This document shows, in pieces, positions 20,771 to 29,487 of a stretch of 64,000 bases of DNA. The position numbers and the translations under genes are program-made. The notes beneath the pieces were generated by a model. It saw only the letters and a program-made list of their open reading frames with translations, was not told where the DNA came from and did not search any database. The first letter of the stretch is position 1, and every line of letters starts with the position of its first letter. The stretch is from an uncultured Pseudomonadales bacterium (GTDB lineage Bacteria > Pseudomonadota > Gammaproteobacteria > Pseudomonadales > JADFDG01), in contig CAZNPF010000003.1 in the NCBI GenBank assembly GCA_964574995.1, forward strand, positions 2,507 through 66,506. The letters run 5' to 3'.

Positions 20771-22005
20771 AAAACTGGATTGTCGCTCAGGCAACGAGCC
20801 TGATGGGTTGGGTGGACGAACGCTTTCCGGTCACGGCGCAATACAAGGCGCACATGTCCGAGTACTACGCGCCCAAGAATTTTAACTTCTGGTACTTCTT
20901 CGGCGTTCTGTCGATGATCGTGTTGGTTAACCAGTTGCTTACGGGCATTTGGCTGACCATGTTTTACACGCCAACATCGGAAGGTGCATTCGGATCAATC
21001 GAATACATCATGCGAGACGTTGATCTCGGGTGGCTGATTCGTTACATGCACGCAGTGGGTGCTTCAGCATTCTTCCTCGTGGTTTACCTGCACATGTTCC
21101 GTGGTTTGCTGTACGGCTCGTACAAAGCGCCGCGTGAACTGGTGTGGATTTTCGGCATGTTGATTTACGTGGCACTGATGGCCGAAGGCTTCATGGGCTA
21201 CGTGCTGCCTTGGGGCAACATGTCGTATTGGGGTGCGCAGGTCATTATTTCCTTGTTCGGTGCTATCCCGGTCATTGGTGAAGATCTAACGGTCTGGATT
21301 CGTGGCGACTACTTGTTATCTGGCGCGTCGCTGACCCGTTTCTTTGCGTTGCATGTGGTGGCCATCCCGATCGTTCTTCTGGCGCTGGTCGTCGTACACA
21401 TCTTGGCGCTGCACGAAGTGGGTTCTAACAACCCCGATGGCGTTGAAATCAAGAAGAAGAAAAATGCAGCCGGCATTCCGCTGGATGGCATCCCGTTCCA
21501 TCCTTACTACTCGGTGAAGGATTCGGTCGGCATTGTCGTATTTCTCATCTTGTTTGCGTTGGTCATTTTCTACTTCCCCACGGGCGGTGGATATTTGATT
21601 GAAAAGCCAAACTTTGAGCCGGCTGACGCGCTGAAAACGCCTGAACATATCGCTCCGGTGTGGTACTACGGCGCGTACTACGCAATGTTGCGTGCAATCC
21701 CCAACAAACTGGCCGGCGTGGTGGTGATGTTCAGCGCCATCATCATTTTGTTCCTGTTGCCTTGGCTGGATCGTAATCCGATCAAGTCCATTCGTTACAA
21801 GGGCATGGTCACGAAGGTGTCGACCATGATCTTTGCAGCGGTATTCCTGATGCTGACGTGGTTGGGCACTCAGCCGGCAACGGGTCTTTACACGCTGCTG
21901 GCTCAATTCGGCACGGTTTACTACTTCGGTTTCTTCATGGTGCTGATGCCATTCATGCACAAATGGGAACAATCGAAGCCAGTTCCTGATCGAGTCACGG
22001 GCTGA
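20767..22005 (+). CDS. petB: cytochrome b of the bc1 complex
   Basis: ORF 20632..22005. The ATG at 20767 overlaps the petA stop (ATGA). 412-aa polytopic protein with haem-ligand contexts (RYMHAVGASAFF, FFALHV), plus PEWY-like PVWYY. Confidence 0.95.
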   Translation: MKNWIVAQATSLMGWVDERFPVTAQYKAHMSEYYAPKNFNFWYFFGVLSMIVLVNQLLTGIWLTMFYTPTSEGAFGSIEYIMRDVDLGWLIRYMHAVGASAFFLVVYLHMFRGLLYGSYKAPRELVWIFGMLIYVALMAEGFMGYVLPWGNMSYWGAQVIISLFGAIPVIGEDLTVWIRGDYLLSGASLTRFFALHVVAIPIVLLALVVVHILALHEVGSNNPDGVEIKKKKNAAGIPLDGIPFHPYYSVKDSVGIVVFLILFALVIFYFPTGGGYLIEKPNFEPADALKTPEHIAPVWYYGAYYAMLRAIPNKLAGVVVMFSAIIILFLLPWLDRNPIKSIRYKGMVTKVSTMIFAAVFLMLTWLGTQPATGLYTLLAQFGTVYYFGFFMVLMPFMHKWEQSKPVPDRVTG

Positions 22006-22009
22006 GGAC

Positions 22010-22675
22010 ATGACGATGAAGAAGCTTATCCTCGCGACTCTTTTGGTTCTTGTTTCTCCGCTGGCTATGGCTTCAGGCGGTGGTCACAACGAATACATAG
22101 TGGAAGCACCGATCTCCATTCACGATAAGGCGCAACTTCAACGTGGTGCGCAGTTGTTCGTGAATTACTGCTATGGCTGTCACTCGATGAAGTACCTGCG
22201 CTATGAGCGCATGGCAACAGATCTCGATATTCCGCTCGACCTGCTGGCCGGTAACCTGATGCTCAACACCGACAAGGTGGGTAGTCAGATGGTTAATGCC
22301 ATGGATCCGGTACAGGGCAAGAAGTGGTTTGGCGTATCGCCACCCGATCTGACGCTTGAGGCGAAATTGCGCGGTGCTGACTGGGTATATTCCTATCTGA
22401 TCGGTTTTTATGAAGATCCGTCCCGTCCTTGGGGTGTGAACAACCACGTGTTCCCGAACGTCGGCATGCCGCACATCATGGCGGATATGCAGCGCACACT
22501 GCCGGAAGACGAGTTCAAGGCCAAGATGGCGGATATCACTGCGTTTCTCGAGTACACCGCCGAGCCGATTCAGGCGACCCGCAATATGATGGGTGTTTTC
22601 GTGATTGGCTTCCTACTGATTCTGCTGCTGTTTACGTGGTTGATGAAGCGGGAATATTGGAAAGACGTGCACTGA
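22010..22675 (+). CDS. petC: cytochrome c1
   Basis: Signal peptide, haem motif CYGCHS, C-terminal membrane anchor VFVIGFLLILLLFTWL. Follows petB. Confidence 0.92.
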   Translation: MTMKKLILATLLVLVSPLAMASGGGHNEYIVEAPISIHDKAQLQRGAQLFVNYCYGCHSMKYLRYERMATDLDIPLDLLAGNLMLNTDKVGSQMVNAMDPVQGKKWFGVSPPDLTLEAKLRGADWVYSYLIGFYEDPSRPWGVNNHVFPNVGMPHIMADMQRTLPEDEFKAKMADITAFLEYTAEPIQATRNMMGVFVIGFLLILLLFTWLMKREYWKDVH

Positions 22676-22705
22676 CCACTCGTCAGTACATAGCAACAAC
22701 ACGGA

Positions 22706-22735
22706 AAGGGTAGCTGAGCGATCAGTTACCCTTTT
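22706..22735 (+). terminator. probable terminator after petC
   Basis: Stem AAGGGTAGCTGA / TCAGTTACCCTT (one G-T pair) with loop GCGA, followed by a short T run. Confidence 0.5.
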
Positions 22736-22758
22736 CGCGTCTTGAGGTCGGAGGTTCG

Positions 22759-23400
22759 ATGAATAGCGTGGTTTCCAAGCGATCGTCGATGATCTTTTTT
22801 TCGAATGGTCTCGATCACTACAGCCATCGCGTACGTATTGTGCTCGCGGAGAAGGGTGTGGCTGTCGAAGTGGTGAACGTCGATCTTGACGACATTCCTG
22901 CTGAAGTTACGGATAACAATCCGTACAACACCGTACCGCTTCTCATGGATCGCGAATTGGCGCTGCACGATCCGGATGTGATGATGGAGTACCTCGACGA
23001 GCGCTTCCCGCATCCGCCCTTGCTCCCGGTGTATCCGGTTGCGCGCGCTGAGAGCCGCCAGTATCTGCGTCGAATCGAGCGTGATTGGGGAAACCAAATC
23101 AATTTGCTGTTGGCCGGCAACGAAAAAGAAGCTGTGCTGACAAAAACCAGAAAGGAATTACGCGATAGTTTGTTGACGCTGTCACCGATCTTTGATCAAA
23201 AACCGTTTTTCATGTTCGACGAGTTCACCATTGTTGATTGCGCAATGGCGGCAATCTTGTGGCGCTTGCCATTGATGGGTATCGAGATACCGCCCAAGCA
23301 GGGCAAGAGTTTGTTGAAGTATTGCGAGCGTTTGTTTCGACGCGATGGTTTTCAGGCTAGCTTGTCCGACCGTGAGCGCGCGATTCGTCAACCGTACTGA
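22759..23400 (+). CDS. sspA: stringent starvation protein A (GST-like)
   Basis: 213-aa GST fold (HRVRIVLAEKGV, NPYNTVPLLMDRELAL) followed by sspB. Confidence 0.93.
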   Translation: MNSVVSKRSSMIFFSNGLDHYSHRVRIVLAEKGVAVEVVNVDLDDIPAEVTDNNPYNTVPLLMDRELALHDPDVMMEYLDERFPHPPLLPVYPVARAESRQYLRRIERDWGNQINLLLAGNEKEAVLTKTRKELRDSLLTLSPIFDQKPFFMFDEFTIVDCAMAAILWRLPLMGIEIPPKQGKSLLKYCERLFRRDGFQASLSDRERAIRQPY

Positions 23401-23456
23401 TTACACTATTTGCCTACGGATTGGCTTGCTGAATGGGCTGTGTGCCCGGAGAGATC

Positions 23457-23900
23457 ATGACCCCGACCCGTCCTTACCTTGTCCGCGCCTTTTACGATTG
23501 GATTTTGGACAATGGTCTGACACCGTACATGCTGGTTGATGCCACAGTTGAAGGCGCATCGTTACCCGTTTCTTATGTGCGTGATGGCCGCATCGTCTTG
23601 AATGTGGCGCCAGCGGCGGTGACCGATCTTCAGCTAGGTGTTTCCTACGTGAATTTCAGCGCACGATTTAACGGTGTGGCGCAGGTCATTCGGCTGCCGG
23701 TGGATGCCATCATGGCGATCTATGCGCGTGAAAATGGTCAAGGCATGTTCTTCAGTAATGAAAATGAAGCTGAAAATGAAGCTGAAGATGACGCGGCAGG
23801 CAGTGTTGAGGCGTCAGGAAAGCAGTCCGGTGAGTCCCCTGCAGCCAGCGGCGGTGCGCGTCCCGCCACGGGCCGTCCTGCGCTGCGAGTTATCAAATAA
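23457..23900 (+). CDS. sspB: ClpXP adaptor SspB
   Basis: ORF 23433..23900. The ATG at 23457 is preceded by GGAGAG. N-terminus RPYLVRAFYDWILDNGLTPY, an acidic linker, and the C-terminal ClpX-binding tail LRVIK. Confidence 0.93.
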   Translation: MTPTRPYLVRAFYDWILDNGLTPYMLVDATVEGASLPVSYVRDGRIVLNVAPAAVTDLQLGVSYVNFSARFNGVAQVIRLPVDAIMAIYARENGQGMFFSNENEAENEAEDDAAGSVEASGKQSGESPAASGGARPATGRPALRVIK

Positions 23901-23924
23901 TTCCGCGATATTTTTTGTGCGATT

Positions 23925-23965
23925 AAAAAAGGGTCGAGAGGACATCTCTCGACCCTTTTTGTTTT
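23925..23965. terminator. bidirectional terminator between convergent sspB and dolP
   Basis: Stem AAAAAGGGTCGAGAG / CTCTCGACCCTTTTT with a 5-nt loop, flanked by A and T runs. Confidence 0.85.
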
Positions 23966-23998
23966 GTCTCACCCCATTATGAATGGGTGTTTAAGGAA

Positions 23999-24589
23999 TC
24001 AGCGCGCTGCGTTTTTGGGTTCAATGTATTCAAAGATCTTAACGATCTTCTGTATGCCGTAGACCTTGCTGGCTTCTGCAACCACTCGAGACGATTCATC
24101 TTGCGTGAGCAATCCCATCAAATAGACAACACCGTTCTCGGTCACGACTTTCACGCGCTGCCCGGGCACGTCGGGGCCGAAGAGTAGGCGCATCTTGACT
24201 CGAAACGTGATGCCGGCGTCGCTGCTGCGCGCTAGGAAACTGATGGGCTGCCCCGTTTGCAGCTCGTTATGTACATGTAACACATGACGAACCGCCTCGA
24301 CGGCGGCAGCTATCTGCTGCCGGCTTGCATCGCTGGCGACCTGCCCGGTCAGCAACACCTGCCCATTCCAACTCACCACAACTAACCGACCGTTGTCGTG
24401 CAGTTCGGGTGTGGCTCGAAGGGCGTTGATGTATGCCGTGCGTTCAATGCGCGAGTCTTCGATTTTGGCGCCTAGCGTCCTCGTGCCGTGGTATTGATCC
24501 ACCGGCTGATCGGACATGGTCGCGATCCAGCTGGCACAACCGGACAATGTGAATATCAAGAGTAGTGGCAACAGACGCAACGAAATCAT
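23999..24589 (-). CDS. dolP: outer-membrane lipoprotein with two BON domains (DolP/YraP)
   Basis: Lipobox LSGC after a hydrophobic signal, then two BON-like repeats (..VVSWNGQVLLTGQV.. and ..VVTENGVVYLMGLL..). Last gene of the lpoA-yraN-diaA-dolP string. Confidence 0.88.
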   Translation of the reverse strand: MISLRLLPLLLIFTLSGCASWIATMSDQPVDQYHGTRTLGAKIEDSRIERTAYINALRATPELHDNGRLVVVSWNGQVLLTGQVASDASRQQIAAAVEAVRHVLHVHNELQTGQPISFLARSSDAGITFRVKMRLLFGPDVPGQRVKVVTENGVVYLMGLLTQDESSRVVAEASKVYGIQKIVKIFEYIEPKNAAR

Positions 24590-25182
24590 CAGGGATTGTC
24601 TCCAAAAAGTTCGCGTTCGAGGAGATCGCAGAGCACATTGATCAATAGCAGATGAATTTCTTCGCAGCGCACGGGCGATGAGATAGGTACGCGCACATCA
24701 ATATCGTCATGGCCGAGACTGTGCACTAATTCGCCGCCATCGTGACCGGTCAACGCTAACACTCCCATGCCACGATCATGGGCAGCGATGACGGCTTGCA
24801 TGAGATTGGCAGCATTGCCGTTGGACGACAGGACGATTAATACGTCTCCGGCTTGACCAAGAGCACGAAGTTGCCGAGCGAAGGTGTCGTTGGTGCCATA
24901 GCCATCGGCCAGCGCGGACATGAGCGCCGCATTTTCTGCCAAGCAAAATATAGGCAAGCCGGGCCGCTCTCGCTCCAGACGACCCAGCAGTAGCACGGAT
25001 AGTTGTTGTGCACTGGTCGCAGAACCGCCGTTGCCGCAGGTAAAGATACGTTTTTCTGCTAACAAGCAGCGAGCCAACAGGCCTGCGCCAGCCACGAGTG
25101 CTGGAATCTGTGTTTCGAGCACGGCAGCAGCAGCATCGATGTGAGCACTCATGATGTTGCGTGCGACTTCTTCAGGATCCAT
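24589..25182 (-). CDS. diaA: SIS-domain DnaA initiator-associating protein DiaA (GmhA-like)
   Basis: ORF 24589..25194 starts with TTG; ATG at 25182. ~197 aa colinear with remembered E. coli DiaA (CGNGGSA, ERPGLP, GDVLIVLSSNGN, ALTGHDGGEL, CDLLE). Confidence 0.88.
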   Translation of the reverse strand: MDPEEVARNIMSAHIDAAAAVLETQIPALVAGAGLLARCLLAEKRIFTCGNGGSATSAQQLSVLLLGRLERERPGLPIFCLAENAALMSALADGYGTNDTFARQLRALGQAGDVLIVLSSNGNAANLMQAVIAAHDRGMGVLALTGHDGGELVHSLGHDDIDVRVPISSPVRCEEIHLLLINVLCDLLERELFGDNP

Positions 25183-25187
25183 ACGAT

Positions 25188-25553
25188 CTACCAAGCGTTG
25201 ACTGAAAAGGCATCACGCAACCATTGCAACTGGTCATCGATGGCGATGACGTCAAAGCGTGCAGGCATCTGTGACTCGTTAGGATGTTGCGAGAGCCAAG
25301 CACGAGCGGCACGCACAAAGCGTTGCTTTTTGCCGGCGTCGATACTTTCCAGCGCACTGACGACATTTCCGGCACGTCGCACGCGCACTTCGACGAAGAC
25401 CAGCGTGTTGTTGTCCTGCATGACCAGATCTAACTCGCCGAGTCGACAGCGCCAGCCGGCATCCAGACAACGCAAGCCTTGGGCCTCGAGAAATTCCCGA
25501 GCTTGGCGTTCGCCATCATCGCCGCGCGCGCGGCGTGTCTCAGGGTGCGACAT
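25188..25553 (-). CDS. yraN: YraN-family endonuclease-like protein (UPF0102)
   Basis: ORF 25188..25658; ATG at 25553 gives 122 aa with GERQAREFLEAQGLRCL...GELDLVMQD...LVFVEVR...RFDVIAID. It overlaps the lpoA 3' end by 14 nt. Confidence 0.85.
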   Translation of the reverse strand: MSHPETRRARGDDGERQAREFLEAQGLRCLDAGWRCRLGELDLVMQDNNTLVFVEVRVRRAGNVVSALESIDAGKKQRFVRAARAWLSQHPNESQMPARFDVIAIDDQLQWLRDAFSVNAW

Positions 25554-27387
25554 CCAATGATTCTGCCTTGCCGTCGCGGAACTGCATCCAAACCAGCCGT
25601 CGATGTATTCGACGGCCAGGATCCAGGGACAGGGTGCCGGTAACCCCCGACAGTTCACCGCCTTGCGCTAAGAGCGGTAATTGCTGGCTGATTTTCCACG
25701 CATCAATGCCCATGGCCAGCAAACGCTGATATGCCGGATCGGTATCACGCCATGCGGCGTCCGTGTCGACGCGCACCGGTAATGCGGGATCGGCAATCCA
25801 GGGAATTTCGACAAAGCGAATGCCGTCGAGATCGCGCGCTGAAGTGGCGGTCGGTTGGCTGTTGATCTGTGATGTGGAATACATCGCGATATCGCCACCG
25901 TGCTGATAGCGCACAGCGGGTGCCATTTGCGTTCCTTGCAGTGTATTTCCGATTAAAAAAATGGCGTCGATGTCTTGGCGTCGCTTGGGCACAAAGCCCA
26001 GTTTAAGCCCCGTAGTGCGCTGGATGCGTTGCATGCGCAGTTCGCTACTGGCGATTTCCAAAAGACTACGTGCGACGCTGCTGTAGTCACCATTACCTTG
26101 ATAGCTGGCGCTGTCACGTAATTGACCGCCATTTTCTTGCAAGGTTCGTGCTAGCTCGCTGCCCATGCGATCACCCCAATCGCCAAATGGCAGTAAAGCG
26201 ACAACTCGTCGATGGCCGTTGCTGATGGCGGCGCGTGCAATTTGCTGCGCTTCATCTTCGGGGGCGAGCCCAAAGAAATGCAGATTATTTGGCCCGGCAG
26301 GAACGCCGGGCGTTGCGGCCTCGGGATAATTGAGCGCAAGGGTTACCACCGGGAGATGTTCACGCGCTTGCAGTAACTTCAGATTTTCTTTTTCCAGTGG
26401 ACCCACGATTAAACGTGCACCATCGCTGACGGCCCGGTCATACAGCGCATTGAAGTCCGCCGCGCTGGAATCGTAGAAACGCAATAGCGGCACTTGGGCG
26501 CCTTCGGCACGTGTGCGGAACCAGCCGCTCAAAATGCCGTGCTCAATGACGCTGCTGACCGTGGCGAGTTTGCCGTGACGCGGTAGTAACACGGCGACTT
26601 GTGTGGGGCCTGCATCGGGTTTTACGCGGAGCGCTTGCTGAACGGCTAACGGCGGGCGTTGTGCTGCCGGATGCTCTGAGTTTGCTTGCATCCATCCAGC
26701 CACGCGGGCGGACAACAGGCTAGGGTTGTCGCTGCCATCGCGAACGAGCAGGGCGAGCCCGGCCCAACCGCGCAACTCAGCATCAGCATCGCTGGCCAGT
26801 TGTTGCAGTGAGTCGCGACTGGTGCGGAGCAGCAGTGCCCATAAGGCATCTTCATTGGCACTGCGTTGATTCGCCGCGAGGCGAGATGCGAGCAGTACGC
26901 GTTCACGAACGGCGGCAGCCAGCTGTCCACGTTGTTCTAGGATGGCGGCGCGGCGCATCCCGACAGCGGCAAAACCTTTTTCGTCAAGATCATTCACGAA
27001 GGCGTATTGGCCCTCGGGCGGCCGTGCGAGGGCGCGCCAAGCGCCGGGGATATTGCTTTGGCCTAGTCGCGCATCGGTCATGGCTACCAGAAAAATGCCG
27101 CGCTGCTCGCGTGTAAGTTGCGCAGTGTCGATGCGAGTCAAGGTTTCTTCGGCCTTCGCATAGGCTTGCGACGAGTTGTAGAGTTGCGCGGCAGCGAGCA
27201 ATTGCTGGATGGTTGCCGTAGGCGATGTGGCGGTGACGGCACCGCTGACGAGTGCGTTGGCCTGCTCCACACGTTGGTTGGGCGACAGCGATTCGGCAGG
27301 GCGCTCTTGGCTGATCTGGCAACCGCTGACAAGCGCGCAGCACAAGATGACGATTGGCAGGCGGCAAATAAAGACGTTGATTTGCAT
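25540..27387 (-). CDS. lpoA: penicillin-binding protein activator LpoA
   Basis: 615 aa with lipobox VSGC, an N-terminal helical/TPR-like region and a C-terminal periplasmic-binding-protein-like domain. Divergent from rsmI as in enterobacteria and Pseudomonas. Confidence 0.88.
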   Translation of the reverse strand: MQINVFICRLPIVILCCALVSGCQISQERPAESLSPNQRVEQANALVSGAVTATSPTATIQQLLAAAQLYNSSQAYAKAEETLTRIDTAQLTREQRGIFLVAMTDARLGQSNIPGAWRALARPPEGQYAFVNDLDEKGFAAVGMRRAAILEQRGQLAAAVRERVLLASRLAANQRSANEDALWALLLRTSRDSLQQLASDADAELRGWAGLALLVRDGSDNPSLLSARVAGWMQANSEHPAAQRPPLAVQQALRVKPDAGPTQVAVLLPRHGKLATVSSVIEHGILSGWFRTRAEGAQVPLLRFYDSSAADFNALYDRAVSDGARLIVGPLEKENLKLLQAREHLPVVTLALNYPEAATPGVPAGPNNLHFFGLAPEDEAQQIARAAISNGHRRVVALLPFGDWGDRMGSELARTLQENGGQLRDSASYQGNGDYSSVARSLLEIASSELRMQRIQRTTGLKLGFVPKRRQDIDAIFLIGNTLQGTQMAPAVRYQHGGDIAMYSTSQINSQPTATSARDLDGIRFVEIPWIADPALPVRVDTDAAWRDTDPAYQRLLAMGIDAWKISQQLPLLAQGGELSGVTGTLSLDPGRRIHRRLVWMQFRDGKAESLDVAP

Positions 27388-27405
27388 GATCCCGGTGATA
27401 TCCGA

Positions 27406-28293
27406 ATGAACCGAAAAGACTCAACAGCAGTGGAAGGCGGCGTGCTTTACGTGGTCGCGACGCCGATTGGTAATCTCGATGACCTTGGCGCGCGTGCGGC
27501 GGCGATACTGCGGTCGGCCGACATTATAGCGGCCGAGGATACACGCCACAGTTCCCGCCTGCTTGCTCACATCGGTGCTGATCCTGCCCGATTACTGTCG
27601 TTGCATGAGCATAATGAGACCGCGCGCACGGAAACCTTGCTCCGGGCTTTGCGAGAAGGGCGCAGTGTTGCGTTGATTTCTGATGCGGGCACGCCACTGG
27701 TGAGCGATCCGGGTTTTCGTCTCGTGGCAGCGATGCATGAGGCGGGCATTCGTGTTAGCCCTGTGCCGGGTGCTTGTGCGGCCGTTGCCGCGTTGTCGGC
27801 AGCGGGCCTGCCGAGCGATCGATTTTTCTTTGAAGGATTTCTGCCAGCGACATCGGCGGCGCGGCGCGCACGGCTGCAGGTATTGCAAACGCAAACGGGC
27901 ACGTTGATGTTCTACGAAGCGCCGCACCGCTTGCTGGAAACGCTCACCGATATGCGCGAGGTGCTGGGCGATGCCCGCATGGCAACGTTGGCGCGCGAAT
28001 TAACCAAAACCTACGAAACAATCCGGCGTGCATCGCTCTCGGCATTGGCGGATTTTGTCGCCAGCGATAGCCATCAGCAGCGTGGTGAGGTGGTGCTACT
28101 GGTGCAGGGAGCTGCGGTCGGTGCGCCGTCGACATCGTTGGATGAAGCGACGTTGTTGCGCGCACTGGCGAGTGAGTTGTCAGCGACGCGCGCAGCGAAG
28201 GTGGCGGCGCAGTTGCTCGGTCAGCCCAAGCGAGAGCTGTACCGTCGATTGTTGGCGCTGGGTGCCGACGCAGGTGATGCGTCAGCAGAGTGA
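27406..28293 (+). CDS. rsmI: 16S rRNA C1402 2'-O-methyltransferase RsmI
   Basis: ORF 27118..28293; ATG at 27406. N-terminus GVLYVVATPIGNLDDLGARA...AEDTRHS, typical of the tetrapyrrole-methylase-fold RsmI. Confidence 0.92.
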   Translation: MNRKDSTAVEGGVLYVVATPIGNLDDLGARAAAILRSADIIAAEDTRHSSRLLAHIGADPARLLSLHEHNETARTETLLRALREGRSVALISDAGTPLVSDPGFRLVAAMHEAGIRVSPVPGACAAVAALSAAGLPSDRFFFEGFLPATSAARRARLQVLQTQTGTLMFYEAPHRLLETLTDMREVLGDARMATLARELTKTYETIRRASLSALADFVASDSHQQRGEVVLLVQGAAVGAPSTSLDEATLLRALASELSATRAAKVAAQLLGQPKRELYRRLLALGADAGDASAE

Positions 28294-28320
28294 GTGTTTG
28301 ACGCCTGTGACCCTGCGGAG

Positions 28321-28348
28321 TGGACAGCCCGGGTCTTGCGTCTAGAAT
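28321..28348 (+). promoter_or_regulatory. candidate sigma-70 promoter of rnpB
   Basis: TGGACA (28321-28326), a 16-nt spacer, then TAGAAT (28343-28348). The predicted start coincides with the first base of the P1 stem (~28356). Confidence 0.6.
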
Positions 28349-28355
28349 GCGCGCC

Positions 28356-28729
28356 GTGTGGGCCGACCAGACAGTCGCTGCCGCTGCGCTCGTTCGCGGC
28401 GGGGGAGGAAAGTCCGGGCTCCGCAGGGCAGGGTGCCAGGTAACGCCTGGGAGATGCGCCGGGAACAGCGCATCGACGGAAAGTGCCACAGAGAACATAC
28501 CGCCGATGGCCCGCAAGGGATCAGGTAAGGGTGAAAAGGTGCGGTAAGAGCGCACCGCGCGGCCGGCAACGGCTGCGGCAGGGCAAACCCCACCCGGAGC
28601 AAGGCCAAATAGGGGTCCTATGGCGCGGCCCGCGCCGGACCCGGGTAGGCTGCTCGAGGCGTACGGTGACGTACGCCCTAGAGGAATGACTGTCCACGAC
28701 AGAACCCGGCTTATCGGTCGGCCCACACA
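28356..28729 (+). ncRNA. rnpB: RNase P RNA, bacterial type A
   Basis: Near-identical to the remembered E. coli M1 RNA core: GACCAGACAGTCGC, GAGGAAAGTCCGGGCTCC, AGGGTGCCAGGTAACGCCTGGG, GGTAAGGGTGAAA.GGTGCGGTAAGAGCGCACC, CCCGGAGCAAGGCCAAATAGGGG, ACAGAACCCGGCTTATCGG. The 13-bp P1 pairs GTGTGGGCCGACC with GGTCGGCCCACAC. Confidence 0.95.
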
Positions 28730-28913
28730 CTTCTTAAAACTAGATTTCTTATAACAAGAAATTCTAGAACTTAAAGTGCTTTGCGAGGATGCCAATGCAG
28801 GCATTTGAGCAGGCACTGTTTCGGGGAATACCTACCCCGCCGTCCACAATTGGACGTTACCTAACCCATTGATTTTTAAGGGCTGCAGCACCTGCGGCCA
28901 GCCCGCGCTTTGC

Positions 28914-28943
28914 TTGACGCTGCCGACAGGCGGTTTCTATAGT
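28914..28943 (+). promoter_or_regulatory. candidate Pmra promoter of the dcw cluster
   Basis: TTGACG (28914-28919), an 18-nt spacer, then TATAGT (28938-28943), about 90 nt upstream of mraZ. Confidence 0.65.
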
Positions 28944-28949
28944 GCGTCG

Positions 28950-28974
28950 GTGGAAAAAAGTGGGAAAAAGTGGG
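28950..28974 (+). promoter_or_regulatory. three 10-bp-phased GTGGR direct repeats, candidate MraZ operator
   Basis: GTGGAaaaaa GTGGGaaaaa GTGGGttttt, starting at 28950, 28960 and 28970, immediately downstream of the -10. This matches the known arrangement of MraZ boxes (TGGG-type repeats at 10-bp spacing) at Pmra. Confidence 0.7.
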
Positions 28975-29029
28975 TTTTTGCGGAAGTCCATGGGGCCGGG
29001 ACGGCTCCTCACTCAGCGGGTAGCAGCGC

Positions 29030-29482
29030 GTGTTTCAAGGAATCACCTCCATCACTGTCGATACCAAGGGGCGACTCGCCATTCCGAGCCGCTTCCGGGA
29101 GCGTATTGCCGATCGTGGTGGCAACACGGTGATAGTAACCGCTCACCAGTACGACGGTTGCTTGGTCCTTTATCCGCTCCCCGACTGGGAAGACATCGCA
29201 CGCAAGGTCTCGGCATTGCCGGACGCGAGTGCGGACGTGCGCAACATCAAGCGCCGCTTCATCGGCCAAGCCACCGATCTCGAGATCGACAGTGCCGGCC
29301 GCATCTTGTTGCCACAAATGCTGCGCAGCTTCGCTCGTATCGAGAAGGGCGCCGTGATGCTCGGACAAGGCCACAAGTTGGAAATGTGGTCGGAAGAGCA
29401 GTGGGCTGCCAACGAAAAGATTAACGCCACGCTGGATGACGCTTCGGCCCTGCCGGAAGCCGTTCAGCAGCTTTCGTTCTGA
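29030..29482 (+). CDS. mraZ: transcriptional regulator MraZ
   Basis: 150 aa beginning MFQGITSITVDTKGRLAIPSRFRE, with a second SpoVT/AbrB-like half (DSAGRILLPQMLR). Confidence 0.96.
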   Translation: MFQGITSITVDTKGRLAIPSRFRERIADRGGNTVIVTAHQYDGCLVLYPLPDWEDIARKVSALPDASADVRNIKRRFIGQATDLEIDSAGRILLPQMLRSFARIEKGAVMLGQGHKLEMWSEEQWAANEKINATLDDASALPEAVQQLSF

Positions 29483-29487
29483 CGCAC

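Noticed and set aside
27944-28816. 290-aa reverse-strand ORF
   Set aside because: It lies antisense across the RNase P RNA gene and the rsmI 3' end. It is Pro/Arg/Ala-rich with no start context, so it is an artefact of GC-rich structured RNA sequence.
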